From contig JALMLS010000344.1 in NCBI GenBank assembly GCA_038496445.1, positions 1 through 64,000 on the forward strand: a stretch of DNA of 64,000 nucleotides, given 5' to 3'. Origin of the DNA: Trichosphaerium sp. ATCC 40318. Taxonomy: Eukaryota > Protista > Tubulinea. Positions 1 to 11,069 of the stretch are shown here, piece by piece (within the stretch, counting starts at the first letter, position 1; each line of letters starts with the position of its first letter). A program made the translations under genes and the position numbers. The notes below the pieces were generated by a model. That model searched no databases. It was not told the DNA's origin and worked only from the letters and a program-made list of their open reading frames with translations.

Positions 1-959
1 TATCAACACAGAAAAGAAATGCTCTGTCGAGGACCTCAAGATAAAAAAATGAGCTTGGTTTTTATGCATGTTGGATGGAGTTTTCACACTTACTAGGTAC
101 AAACTCCGGATCTCACAGTGATACCTATTGGTCGTTCAACTACGAAAATGTACATGCTATAGCTTTGAGTAGTGAACAAATATCTTATGGGTACCCACAG
201 CAAATATAGAACTAAATATTTACTTTCTACATAAAATGCCAAAACTTCCTTCTTCTGTTCATTTGGATCAAATTATTTATTCTTCTAGACACTGGACGGA
301 TCAATACACATGGTTAGAGAAGGACTTACAAAGTATTGATCGTAAAGTAACACCTTGGGTTATACTAAGTTGGCATAGTCCTTGGTATACTAGCAACAAA
401 GGTACAAAGAAACTAGAGGTTTGATAAAAAAGCCGAAACTTAAGTTTTCTTGACTCAATTTGATCATCTTCTTAACGATTATTATCAGTACATACCCATG
501 ATGGTGACTCTATGCGTGAAGAATTTGAAGATTTACTTTATAAATATAAAGTCGATTTGGTTCTTGTTGGTCACGTGCACGCTTACGGTAACGTTCTTTT
601 CAAAATATTTATCAATCCCATTTTGCAGTGTTTTTTCTTTAAAACTCATTTCTGCCCCAGAGCGTACCACTACTGTCTACAACGGTACAGTCACTGCTGA
701 TGCCCCTGCATACATACTAAATGGTAATGGTGGCAACGGTGAGGGCTTATACAATAGCTGGATAGATCCTCAACCTGCATGGTCTGTAAAACGGTATGCC
801 TTAGCTTTGTTATTTTGCTTTAGTGATTTATTTTCTAGTGATGCCTACTATGGCTACGGAAGTTTGACAGTGTATAACTCTACGCACATGTATTGGCAAG
901 CATTTAATGTTATCACTGATACTGTTACTGACGATTGGTGGTTTGTAAGACAGCATTAA
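1..959 (+). CDS. Purple acid phosphatase / metallophosphoesterase, 3' part (5' end outside window), multi-exon
   Basis: Joined exons give YWSFNYENVHAIALSSE, QYTWLEKDLQSIDRKVTPWVILSWHSPWY, VDLVLVGHVHAY|ER, YILNGNGGN and YGYGSLTVYNSTHMYW. These are the GHxH and C-terminal motifs of PAPs. Stop at 957-959. Confidence 0.92.
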
Positions 960-1169
960 TAAACATAAACTTTATTATCAGCGTCGGGACTAATAAGTCT
1001 TGGGTTAATCTTCAATCAAGATCTTTTTCTCTGTTGGCTTTTCTTAGCACTTCTTATCTTAATACACTATTTAAAGCATGTACAATATAATTTTATTGCT
1101 CATTAATAAATACAAGGTAGAAGGAAGGACTTAAGTCCAAATAATTGAAGGGTTCACCAAAAAAAAACA

Positions 1170-4100
1170 AACTAATGTTTGCTTCGTGCTGATTTTTTAG
1201 GCGACTTTGGTGACTTTTTATGTCCAGTCTCTTGCTCTTTGATGCATCCTTTTCATTAACAGGTCTTGGTGTTTGAGGTAACTTGACAGGATAACTTCGC
1301 TACAGAAGTGAAGATGTCAGCAAGCAATTGAAACATTGAAAAACTCTTCAAAGACTGACTTGAAGTACCTTTTTGTTACAGGTTCAGATGGTTTTTATGG
1401 ACCTTTGGCTTTTTGACATGTAAAATTGCTGCTAGATACTAGAAAACAATATAAGTCAAAAAAGAAGTTCAACAAGACCACAACAACAAGAAACTCGCGA
1501 AAAAAAAGGTTGCAATGACTTAAAACGTACATCAACTATATCTTCATGACCAAGCTTTGCAGCTAGTTCCAAAGGAGATAATCCACCTGCAAATGTCTTT
1601 AAAGTCAAATCAGCACCCTCACGTACTAACTCCTAAAAGCAGTATTTAGTAAATGTTGATTTCTTTGTGGTTGTAGATGTACCTTTATAATAGAGTTTCT
1701 TTTAAAGTATAGCAAGATGTAAAGGTGTATAACCCTTTCCTTTTGTTTGTACATTAATATCAGCATGGAAGTCTATGAGCTGTTTTATAAAGCTCTTCTG
1801 ATGAGATCTCGGTGTATGTGTCAAACTGACAACTATATGAAGAGGAGTATAACCTAAAAAATACTTAACCAAACTTATAAATTTTTAAGGGAAAAAGCAA
1901 GCTCAAGAACAACTAAAATGTACCTTTGATGTATAGATTTCTAGCACTTGGGTGTGCTCTAAACTTTAGTAGTACTATAGCACACTCAAGACGCGCTTTA
2001 GAGCATGCACCATGTAGAGGTTTCCAACCGCCCTAAAAATGTGTTTGTTAAGTTTTGTACTCGGGTCTTCACTTGAATGAAGGGTGGAGTTACCTTTTGC
2101 CTTTGTTTGGATCTGCACCTTTACGTAGTAAATATTTTACAACATCTACTCTTCCTATGTTTGAACATCAGCAAGCAAAAAAGAAAACAAACGAGTCTTG
2201 AAGATTCTTTGCTTAATTTGAAGTAAAACCTTCAACCTTTAGCGTTCTACTGTACCTTGTGTTGCAGCATAATAAAGGGGTGTAATGCCCTTATTTGACA
2301 TGGCATTAATACTAGCTTTACACTCTACTAGGACTCTAAAAACCTCTGTTAGTATGAAAGGAAAAAGGATACATTTACGTACTTTGCAATGTTTATGTGG
2401 CCTTTGCAAGATGCTGCGTGTAATGCTGTCCAACCATTTTCTTCTTTAGCGTCAACATCGACATAAGAACCAAGGCCATTAAGTAGATGCAATACTTTAT
2501 CATAAGTGCCAGCGTAAGCCGCCATAAAAAGAGGTGCCTAAGAGGTCCAGTGTTAGTAAAAACTCATTCATTAGTTTTTTTTGTTCCAAATTTTTTTAGC
2601 GTACACCGTGCTCTCCGTTTGCTTCTATTTTGTTGAATGTATCGAGTCCATCATCACCTTTTCTTGATTTTTTCTTTACACGCACCGTTTTTTGTGCAAG
2701 AACCGTTTCATTGGTGCTAATTGTGATGGAATGATCACCACTTTCAAGCGGTATATAAGTAACCTCAAATTTACCATTCTCTAATGATTAATGTCATAAG
2801 TAAATATTTTATTAGAGTATCTAATGTACCTCCAGGGACTTCTGCTATCTTAGATTCAGGAGTAATACTTTGTGGACCTTCAATGACGACCTAAAGACGA
2901 ACGAATTAGAATTCTTACTTTTTTCCGACGACAAAGAAAGGAAGGTACTTTGATATCTGGTACACCTGTGAATTCTGCATCGTCTTTTGCTTTTAACTGC
3001 ATAACAAATTTTGCAATATCACCTTTACTCTTTAATTCGAAGATATCAGCGGAAACAACTAGAGATACAAGCCAACATTAGCGAGGTAAAAAAAGCAAAC
3101 ATAAAAAGATCTGTTGAAAGTTTTTTACCTTCTGGTTCTCTATACTCGTCTTGAGAATCCTCAGATGCTTCTGTATCATTAGATACCTTATTTTTCTTGT
3201 GCTTTTCAGGTTTAACTACATACAGGGATGAGATAGAGCAATTATGCTGAGAACTTACCTTTGACATCTTCTCCTGACTCTACTGCACGTTCCAAGTGCG
3301 GAGAAGTCATACGGAACCTTGGAGACTCATCTGAAGTACCATCGTACCGACTAGACATTAAAAGTTCAGGAATATTTTCCACATTATCAACTACATCATC
3401 GTCATCTTCTTTTTTATCTTCTTCTTTGTTAATAGCTATTTCTGGGACTTTAACTTCTTTTTTATCGTTCGTTGTAGCATTCTCGTCTATGCTAGCAGTA
3501 TCACTATCACTGTCGATACTAGATTTATCACTCCAGTCGTAGTTATCGCCTTCTTTAGCTCGTTTAGCGAGCAGCTTCCTTAAGGACGAATCAATCCTTG
3601 GTTTTGCTTCGGATTCATCGTATACCCATTCCTCCTTGAACCCTTCTGATATCACAAGCTTTAGAATAGCAATGTCAGTGAGGATAGTCATTGTTGTTTC
3701 TTTGACAAAAAACTGTTTTTTTCTCTTTTTCAAGAATTTGTTGCCTTGAGTTTCGGTACTTTCCAAGGTTGGAAAGCGATCGCAAACGTACCTGAGATAG
3801 CCTGTGAATAGTGTGTACTATACGCTTTATGTTTTTCTCGTTAACGCAATCGTTAACGTCGAAGAGATCTACGCAAGCGTCAGTACGCGTAAAGCGTTTA
3901 AAAAACTGGCGTGTTTGGAGTTTGTGTTGTTACCTGGCTCTTTGAAACCGATTAGTTTGCAAGACTCTATGAAGAGTACTACGTTTTCTCGCAATAGCAT
4001 CGTCTTACTAGACGCTGGACGTATTTTTTTAATAGCATGTTTGTTTGGGGAAATTGAGCGAACTAGCTTGCACAGTATAATGCCGTCCTTGAGAACAGAC

Positions 4101-4328
4101 GATAGCGAGACATTTTGCTAAATTGACGGATTAGTACATAACATCACCAACGTCAAAAAAGAATTACAGCAATGCGTTCGCTTACGCTGTTGACTAGCGA
4201 AAACGAGCCCAGTTCTTATTAAGAAAGCGTACCTCAAATTCTGTTTGTAGAACTCTCTGTAACCAGTCTAGAGCTTGTTTACAGCGTAAGTCTGTATTTT
4301 GTTGTTTATTACTCGAGTGTTTACTCAT
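1170..4328 (-). CDS. Calponin-homology + filamin-type Ig repeat + ankyrin-repeat protein, multi-exon (3' end approximate)
   Basis: ATG at 4328. CH domain: ALDWLQRVL, LKDGIILCKLV, RENVVLFIESCK, DLFDVND. Then an acidic linker and a filamin-like VVIEGP..NGKFEVTYIPLESGDHSITI. Ankyrin repeats: PLFMAAYAG, GWTALHAAS, GITPLYYAA, GWKPLHGAC, GYTPLHLAI. Confidence 0.8.
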
Positions 4329-4634
4329 AATGCTATACTTACGTTAGCTACACGTTAGCTACAGCCGCGTTATACAACGCTGCGGTAAACTAGTGCGAGT
4401 AATTCGCATACCTGTAATGCAATGACCCTCTGTGCAATGTTGGCACTCGGCCGTAGCGTAAGGTTGTGATAGAAGAGTATTTGGCTAGTAAAAAGACAAT
4501 TTCGGAATTTCAAAATACTTTCAAAAACGGCAAGACCTTTTAAGTACGTCCTTTCTTAGCAGTAATTTATAAATGTCTTTGTACAAATGGGTTTTTATTG
4601 TCAATGTTAAGCGGTGGGGAGAATTACAAGACAA

Positions 4635-6603
4635 TCACAGTATTAAAAATAGTTCGGATTCGCAGGACTCGTAACCTTCCTCATCTACTTCATTCCTTTC
4701 ATCTTCTGTTTTGTCTTCTATTGGCTTCTTTATTGTAACAACTTCTGCTGTTGTAACAGAAGTAGGTTCATCATTATCCTCACTGGCTTTAGGTGATTTG
4801 AAAGATATAAAATGCTCTGATGACTCCTCGGAGCCTTCTTCATCTGTATCATTGTCTGAGGGTTTAGGATCATTACTCTACAGCTTTAGTTAGTGATAAC
4901 TGACTAACTGATTGCATACCTCAACTGCAACTTCATAGGGACTAGCTGAAGTTAAATCTTCAGCTTGTTTTTCAATGTTTTCTTCTTCGTCATTTCGTGA
5001 TTTGACATTAAATGTCATAAACAATTCAGAATCATGGCTATCTTCAATTAAAGTAATTTCTTCACTTGACTCTTCTTTAGAAGTTTTTTCTTTTGATTGA
5101 CGCTTTGTTTCTTCTCCAGGACCTTCTTGTTCATCAGCTCGTGTCAAAATATCATCAATAGCGATTTTATTGACTAAATCTTCTTCGCTTGTAACTCTAG
5201 GTTTCTTTACTTCTTTGTCACCTGCGCCCGTGACTACTAATTTAACTCCATGAGACTTTTTCTTCTTTAGTCTCTTGGTTTTCTTCTTTTTACTCTAGAA
5301 ACAAGAATCAAAAACAGAGCAGTTGAACGTCCATTTGAAGAAAACAGAATTTTTTTCACATACACTATCTTTTTGTGAACTAGTCACAGACTCTTCCTCG
5401 GCCTTCTTTGCGGCTTCAATAAATTCTCTAGTTTTTATCCTACCGCCACCTGTCCTATCTGTAATAGAACGTGTCTTTTTACCAACAACACGTTTCTTTT
5501 TTCCTGAAAACAAAACTGTTACAAACTTGCAAAAAAAAAAAAGTAATAGAAACCACTAACGCATTCGAACTGTAACTGCTGATGCAACTGGTTTAGAATT
5601 AGTCTTCTCTCCTATTTCCAATGATAATCGACGAACTTTTTTAACGCCTTCAGTATCTGTACTGCCATCAACAGACATTTTAATAGGCGATGAGTGTCCA
5701 AAATGTATTGAGCGTCTTTGTCCTTTAAAAACAAAAAGTCAGTCTTTAGCTGAAACCCCTCCATTCTCTAAACAACGCTAACAACAATGCTTACTTTTTT
5801 TTTGCGCTGCTGTCAATTTAATGCCAAGATCAGGGGCAGATTTAACAGGCTTTCTGATTACATCTTCAATGAATACAGTGCGTTCCTGTGTAACACTGTT
5901 AGTGACTGTACGATACTTTATTAAGTTTATGAGATGGTACCTCTGCTGCTGATTGGTTGTCTTCGCTGGTGAGATCCTCTGTATCAACTGTACTAAAAGC
6001 AGTATTAGAAAGACTGTACATAGTTAAAGGCGTACCGAAGAAACACTGATTTTTCCGGCTTTTCCGCTTCTGCGACAGTGTAAAAGCAACGCTTTAGCTG
6101 CGTTTCCCACTTGTCACGCTCTAATGTTGTTGATGCAGCGAATACATACGATTTTGTGCCATCACGTTGTCTATTACAGTAATTGGTACAATATAGTGGG
6201 TAAAAATGTGCGTAGTAAGCCAGCGAAGTGGCTTATTTTTAGTTAAATTGATAGTGCAACTTACCCATTAATTTTAAAGCCATGAGTCCCTTTTTTGCCT
6301 TTCCAGTGTTCAAATAAATCGTATACGTGCAGTCTAACCAGAGATGATGGCTCTTCGACCTAAACCAATCAATAAATTACCAATCAAGCGTCTATCTGCG
6401 CCTGAAAGGCATTGATAGCGTCGGTGCAGGTTTAGTTTGAAATTTCTATTACTTACAGTATTATTTCGGTAAATGTACAAAGCGCCACCGTGAAGGATGC
6501 AATAGCGTCTTTTCCATGATCTACCAGCTTTACAGAATAAAAACCCAGTGTGCTGCGGATCCACTTCAAGATTGGACCGGAGGATGTTAAAGTTCCAAGA
6601 CAT
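4635..6603 (-). CDS. N-terminal PH-domain protein with long low-complexity Lys/Glu/Ser-rich tail
   Basis: HTGFLFCKAGRSWKRRYCILHGGALYIY and KSYVFAASTTLERDKWETQL are PH signature strands and the C-terminal Trp helix. Downstream exons are acidic and disordered. Confidence 0.75.
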
Positions 6604-6801
6604 TGTACCCTTTTGTTTATTGTAGTAATTCTACTCAAATCAAGACTGTAGGACTTTATTTTTTTGCCACAAAATAACGCCCAAAACAAGAAAGTCTTCT
6701 TTTGTTTGTTTTATTGTTTTTACTTTATTTTTATACATTTGAAACGAGTCTAAGCAAAATCCAACTACGCTTCACTAATCTACACAATGTTGTATTTGAG
6801 T

Positions 6802-8488
6802 TTACGCCTGAAATGCCCGCAACTCCACGCAATTCATATGAATGGTGTTGCGTCCATCATCCGAGCCTTCAAGAAGACGTTGACTCCTAGTGAGAGGTGC
6901 ATCCAACATGAAGTGCTTTTTGCTAGAAACTGTAAAGACGAGATTCGGTATTCTGAAAAAGAAAAAAATAACAGTAAAAACTGACAAACCTTTGGTTCTC
7001 GATTGAGGCGATAATGGACTCCTTATCTCCTGGTTTCCACCAGTATGGTATTACAACTATTGATATACCTTGTGCATTGTTAGAATAAGAAAATACGTCA
7101 GTCTTTGTTAATCACCTAGAGAGCTGCATAATTGAACTTTTTCGGCATCTCTCTTTTCTTGTATTGAAACTGGATCAAATCGTTGTATTACATCTTTGTA
7201 ATGTTGTTCACCGTGATACTCCAAACCGATACTGAGATGTGGTATAAATACATCAATAGTAATCCACTCCTCAAGGGTATCACGTTTGACACCTGGTCGA
7301 TATTCTTCAAAAATATCATGTGTTGGGTATATCTCACAAACACAATTGAATAGCGACCTAAAAGATTATTACATCAGCGACACAATAGTAAAATAGAGTG
7401 AGTACCTTTGTATGGCTTTTTTATCAGTCATGAAAAACGAGCTAACGTTCCAAGAACTTTCAGGGTAAAACGACATTAAAGTTTGAGGCCAAGATGATAG
7501 CAGACCTCCACCTCCTAAAGCTTGGATTTGAGGCCTAGAAATGCGATACCAATCTGAGTATTTTTTGATATTTAGTTTGCGTTCTACTTGATCTACAAAG
7601 CATGATACATTATCCCTCTTTGACCAATAATATGGTGGTTTTCTGTCTATTGCTTGTTGCCTTTTTTATTAGCGTTAACAACGTTTCTTACTGTTGTTGT
7701 ATTTCTAGTTACCTGAACTTATCCTTGTTCCACCTATAGTATGGAAACACATTCTTAAATAGTATATGTGGTTGACGAAATCTAATAAAGTTAACACAAA
7801 GCAAAATCAATCAGCCAAACAAAAAAAATCGGCTTTTTCTAGAAAAAGTAAGTACTTTTTGAGAATGAAGGTGACACCTTCATTTGCCAGTGCTGTATTA
7901 CCAATATCGTAGAACTGATCCAATGTCTTAATACCCTTACGTTCAGCAATCCTCTCAAAGTGAGTGCGATAATACGAGTTGGCTCTAAATACTCGTATAA
8001 GGTTACAGTTGTTTTTCTTGGTTCTTGGAACGTACTTGTCTTTGATTGGGTCGATTAGCTTTGAGAATCTATGCCATTCTTTTTGTTTAAATTTCTTCTT
8101 TTCCCAGTGGGTTTCTGGATATATCTTCTTTAATGCGCTTTGTACACTGTTGTTGTACCTTTCAGCTGGTGAGTTTTTGACGTATTTTTTTGTCTGATTG
8201 TATTTGACACGTACTGCAAAAGTGCGCTGGACCCATTTTTGGACAGAACATCTCTAGATGTAACATTGTACCAATCTTGAGCATTTTTAATATTTAATTG
8301 GGGACCAACAAGCTTGTCAAATAAACGACGCTGGTTTTCAATAGATTTCCAGTATCTAGGAGCTTTCTTGGGTGTTTTTTGTCTTTGTTCTGAATTAAAA
8401 GTCGTTAAACAGCTATTGACACTACATTGTATTATATACCTCCAGGTGGCCTCGATTTAATAATTCTCGCGTATCTACTGAGGCTCAT
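6802..8488 (-). CDS. Helical-repeat protein with C-terminal PD-(D/E)XK / Vsr / DUF559 / RAP-like nuclease domain; possibly mitochondrial
   Basis: Repeats YWKSIENQRRLFDKL..LNIKNAQDWYNVT and YWSKRDNVSCFVDQVERKLNIKKYSDWYRIS. C-terminus IDVFIPHLSIGLEYHGEQHY..KRDAEKVQLC..GISIVVIPYWW. Arg/Ser-rich N-terminus MSLSRYARIIKSR. Confidence 0.72.
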
Positions 8489-8604
8489 CGGTATAATCTA
8501 TACTTAACACGCGTATGCATCGCGCATTGGATGGCCAGAAGCATAAGCGACGTTTTAAAGAGCGTATAAGCCAATTCCGCTTAAGGCCAGTCAAAACAAG
8601 CCAA

Positions 8605-9703
8605 ATGGCAAAACCACTACTAGAAATTTGCCATAAAGTACTTGGGCCATCGCAAAAGCTTATATTTGCTCAATATAGTAACAAAAAGCAATATAATGTG
8701 CTGTGCGCTTACAATAAGGTTCATATCATCGGTGTATTCGCAGCAGATATAAAACAAGGCATGTGAAAAAGAAAACCAGTTTAAAATCCCATCACAAGCT
8801 CTAAACCAAACCAACAGAGCTCGGACTATTTCCAACTGACGATAGAACGAATACACTCTATGGGTAAGCTCAATATCAACGCCCAAACGTCACATTTACA
8901 ACATAAAGGAGTTAACAATCTTTAGAGAGCATGAGGGTATCAAAATACAGCTGCACGAATGTAAAAAATTCTGTAAACTCCTACATCGAGGAGGTCCTGG
9001 CTACGTCGAGGTCTGTCATTCCTTTATCATAGCCTCACATACTGATGCATCAATACATTGTAGATGCTCTATGCCTCAGAAGATATTTACTCAACACCAG
9101 AATGGCAAGATATTGTTAAAAGCAGAAAGCAATACATAACACCAACTTTTATGGAACAAGTATGACGTCTTTAGTAGTTTACAAGATTCTGCTTCTTTAC
9201 CTACTTGAACCATTCAAAGTGTAACATCATTGTAGCTATTACAAGTAGGTAAAGCCAACTTGAAATTCTTACAACAGCTTCATTCAAAGAAGAAGAAAAA
9301 GAAGCCTGTAGAAATATCACCAGAAATTATTAGAGATAAGTTTGCACGTGGTTTATTAGCTTTTGAAAAAACAGATTATATGGCAAAGGCACGTGATCAA
9401 TAAGGCCCTCTGTAGCATAACACAACTATTCACTTCCAAAACCCTTACACTTTAAAATAGCACATGGACATCATGTTGTGTTCTTCAAACGAAAAAACTT
9501 TAAAAGCTCTTTCAACTGAAAGTTTAAGCAAGATGGAGACTTCGGAGATGCAAAAGATTTTAGAAGAGCAATATACACTATTAGAGAAATACTCACATAA
9601 CTGGACATTCCTTGATAAATCTGTTGATACCAGAGCAATATCAGCAGCATGGTTACAAGAAGTGCGCGAAAGTCATCTCCAAAAAATAATACAACAAGGT
9701 TGA
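8605..9703 (+). CDS. RlaP / PF10127-like Pol-beta nucleotidyltransferase homologue, catalytic motif degenerate (3' end approximate)
   Basis: Joined exons: KLIFAQYSNKKQYNVLCAYNKVHIIGVFAADIKQ|ELGLFP, IQLHECKKFCKLLHRGGPGYVE|MLY..STPEWQDIVKSRKQYIT, and LDKSVDTRAISAAWLQEVR. Needs two GC-AG introns (8759, 9389). Confidence 0.6.
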
Positions 9704-10106
9704 TTTTCTACTTGGCTTGTTTTGTTTTAATTCAAATACCTTCATGTGACCAGGTTTGTACTATGTTAGATGCTAGTTTGACGAATACGTCACTACCACT
9801 CTTTTTTCCTCTGTGATTATAGTGGTAGGTAAGCAGCACAAGATATTCAATATTATCTTCTGTATAAAGTTGCAACTAGGCACTCAACAAAACAACATTT
9901 CCGAGCATTGTTCCTCAAATGACAACCAGCAGAGTAAACGTTTTATGTTCTCGCAGAGCCGTTTTGAGGAATGCACGTGATCACACCATTTAGCTGACAC
10001 TGCTTTTGGGATAAAAATACGCTTGACAACCGTTCCAAAGTTATAAAACAAATTCAAGACGAAAACTAACAAAAAAATAGTGTCTATCGATCTAACACTG
10101 TATTTA

Positions 10107-10968
10107 TTAGCCAATGACAGCCTCAACATCGGCTCGAGTCTTATCTGCAGACTCTACTAGACCATCCAAGTGATTCGAAATCAATTTTGTCAGTTGTTTG
10201 ACCTTGTTTTTAGATTCAGCCAGTTCCTGACGCAAGCTCTCAACCACTAGGTTGTCCTCCTCCAAGGTAGCGTTTGTGTCTTTTAACGTTTCATTCTCCA
10301 CCTTTAGCGTCTTAATCTCAATCTGGAGCTCCGCTACCAAACCCACCAAGTCATTAATGCCATTTTGAATTTGTTTCATGTTCGTCTTGTTTTCATCAAG
10401 CCGCTGCAAGTTTTGCGTCGTTAAACTCGTCAGGTCATGAGCACCATCGCTCGCCTAATAGTGTCAGAAGGATATCAAACAAGGCACCAAGCAACAAAAA
10501 AATCAAAAACGGGTCGATAACGGCGTGTATGATCAAGGTTGCATCGCGCAACCATAGGCGGAAACCTCGATAATACCATACCTAATCGTACATACGCTGG
10601 TTATTAAGCAGCGCGCCGCTCAGTATGTGCTGTTGTCTGTAACAATGTGGCCACAAAGTTAGTACCAAACAGAAAAGGCGCGAACATTTTTAAAGCGAGT
10701 TTTTCAAACAAAAAAAAAATTGTGGTTATTCAAGAAGCGCCTTTTGAATCAATTTTAGCACGGTTTACAAAGAACCGGCGAATGCTAAGCGTGTTTGCTC
10801 TATAAGGGTACAACTAAGCACGTTACACTTTTAAAACAACAAAAGCCGCTACATTACGGCCAGGTAACGTTAAAGCCACTTCTAGCACTTAAAAACAACT
10901 TGGATATACAAAATAACGTTACCTGACTAATTCTTCTCTTCTTTGCTGCACGAGTGGTGGTTGCCATT
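10107..10968 (-). CDS. Coiled-coil protein of unknown function; 5' exons unresolved
   Basis: Heptad-rich last exon 10107-~10455 (INDLVGLVAELQIEIKTLKVENETLK). Candidate first exon MATTTRAAKRRRISQ|gtaacg at ~10968. Confidence 0.45.
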
Positions 10969-11069
10969 GTAGGATAGATTATTCAACGCTAACGTCAACT
11001 AAATTCGTTTTGTCAGTCTGACAGAATTGTATTGGAACTTTTCCCATCTTATTGTGTCTTACATTGTAA

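Noticed and set aside
8620-8886. 88-aa minus-strand ORF
   Set aside because: Antisense to the exons of the nucleotidyltransferase-like gene and has no ATG start.
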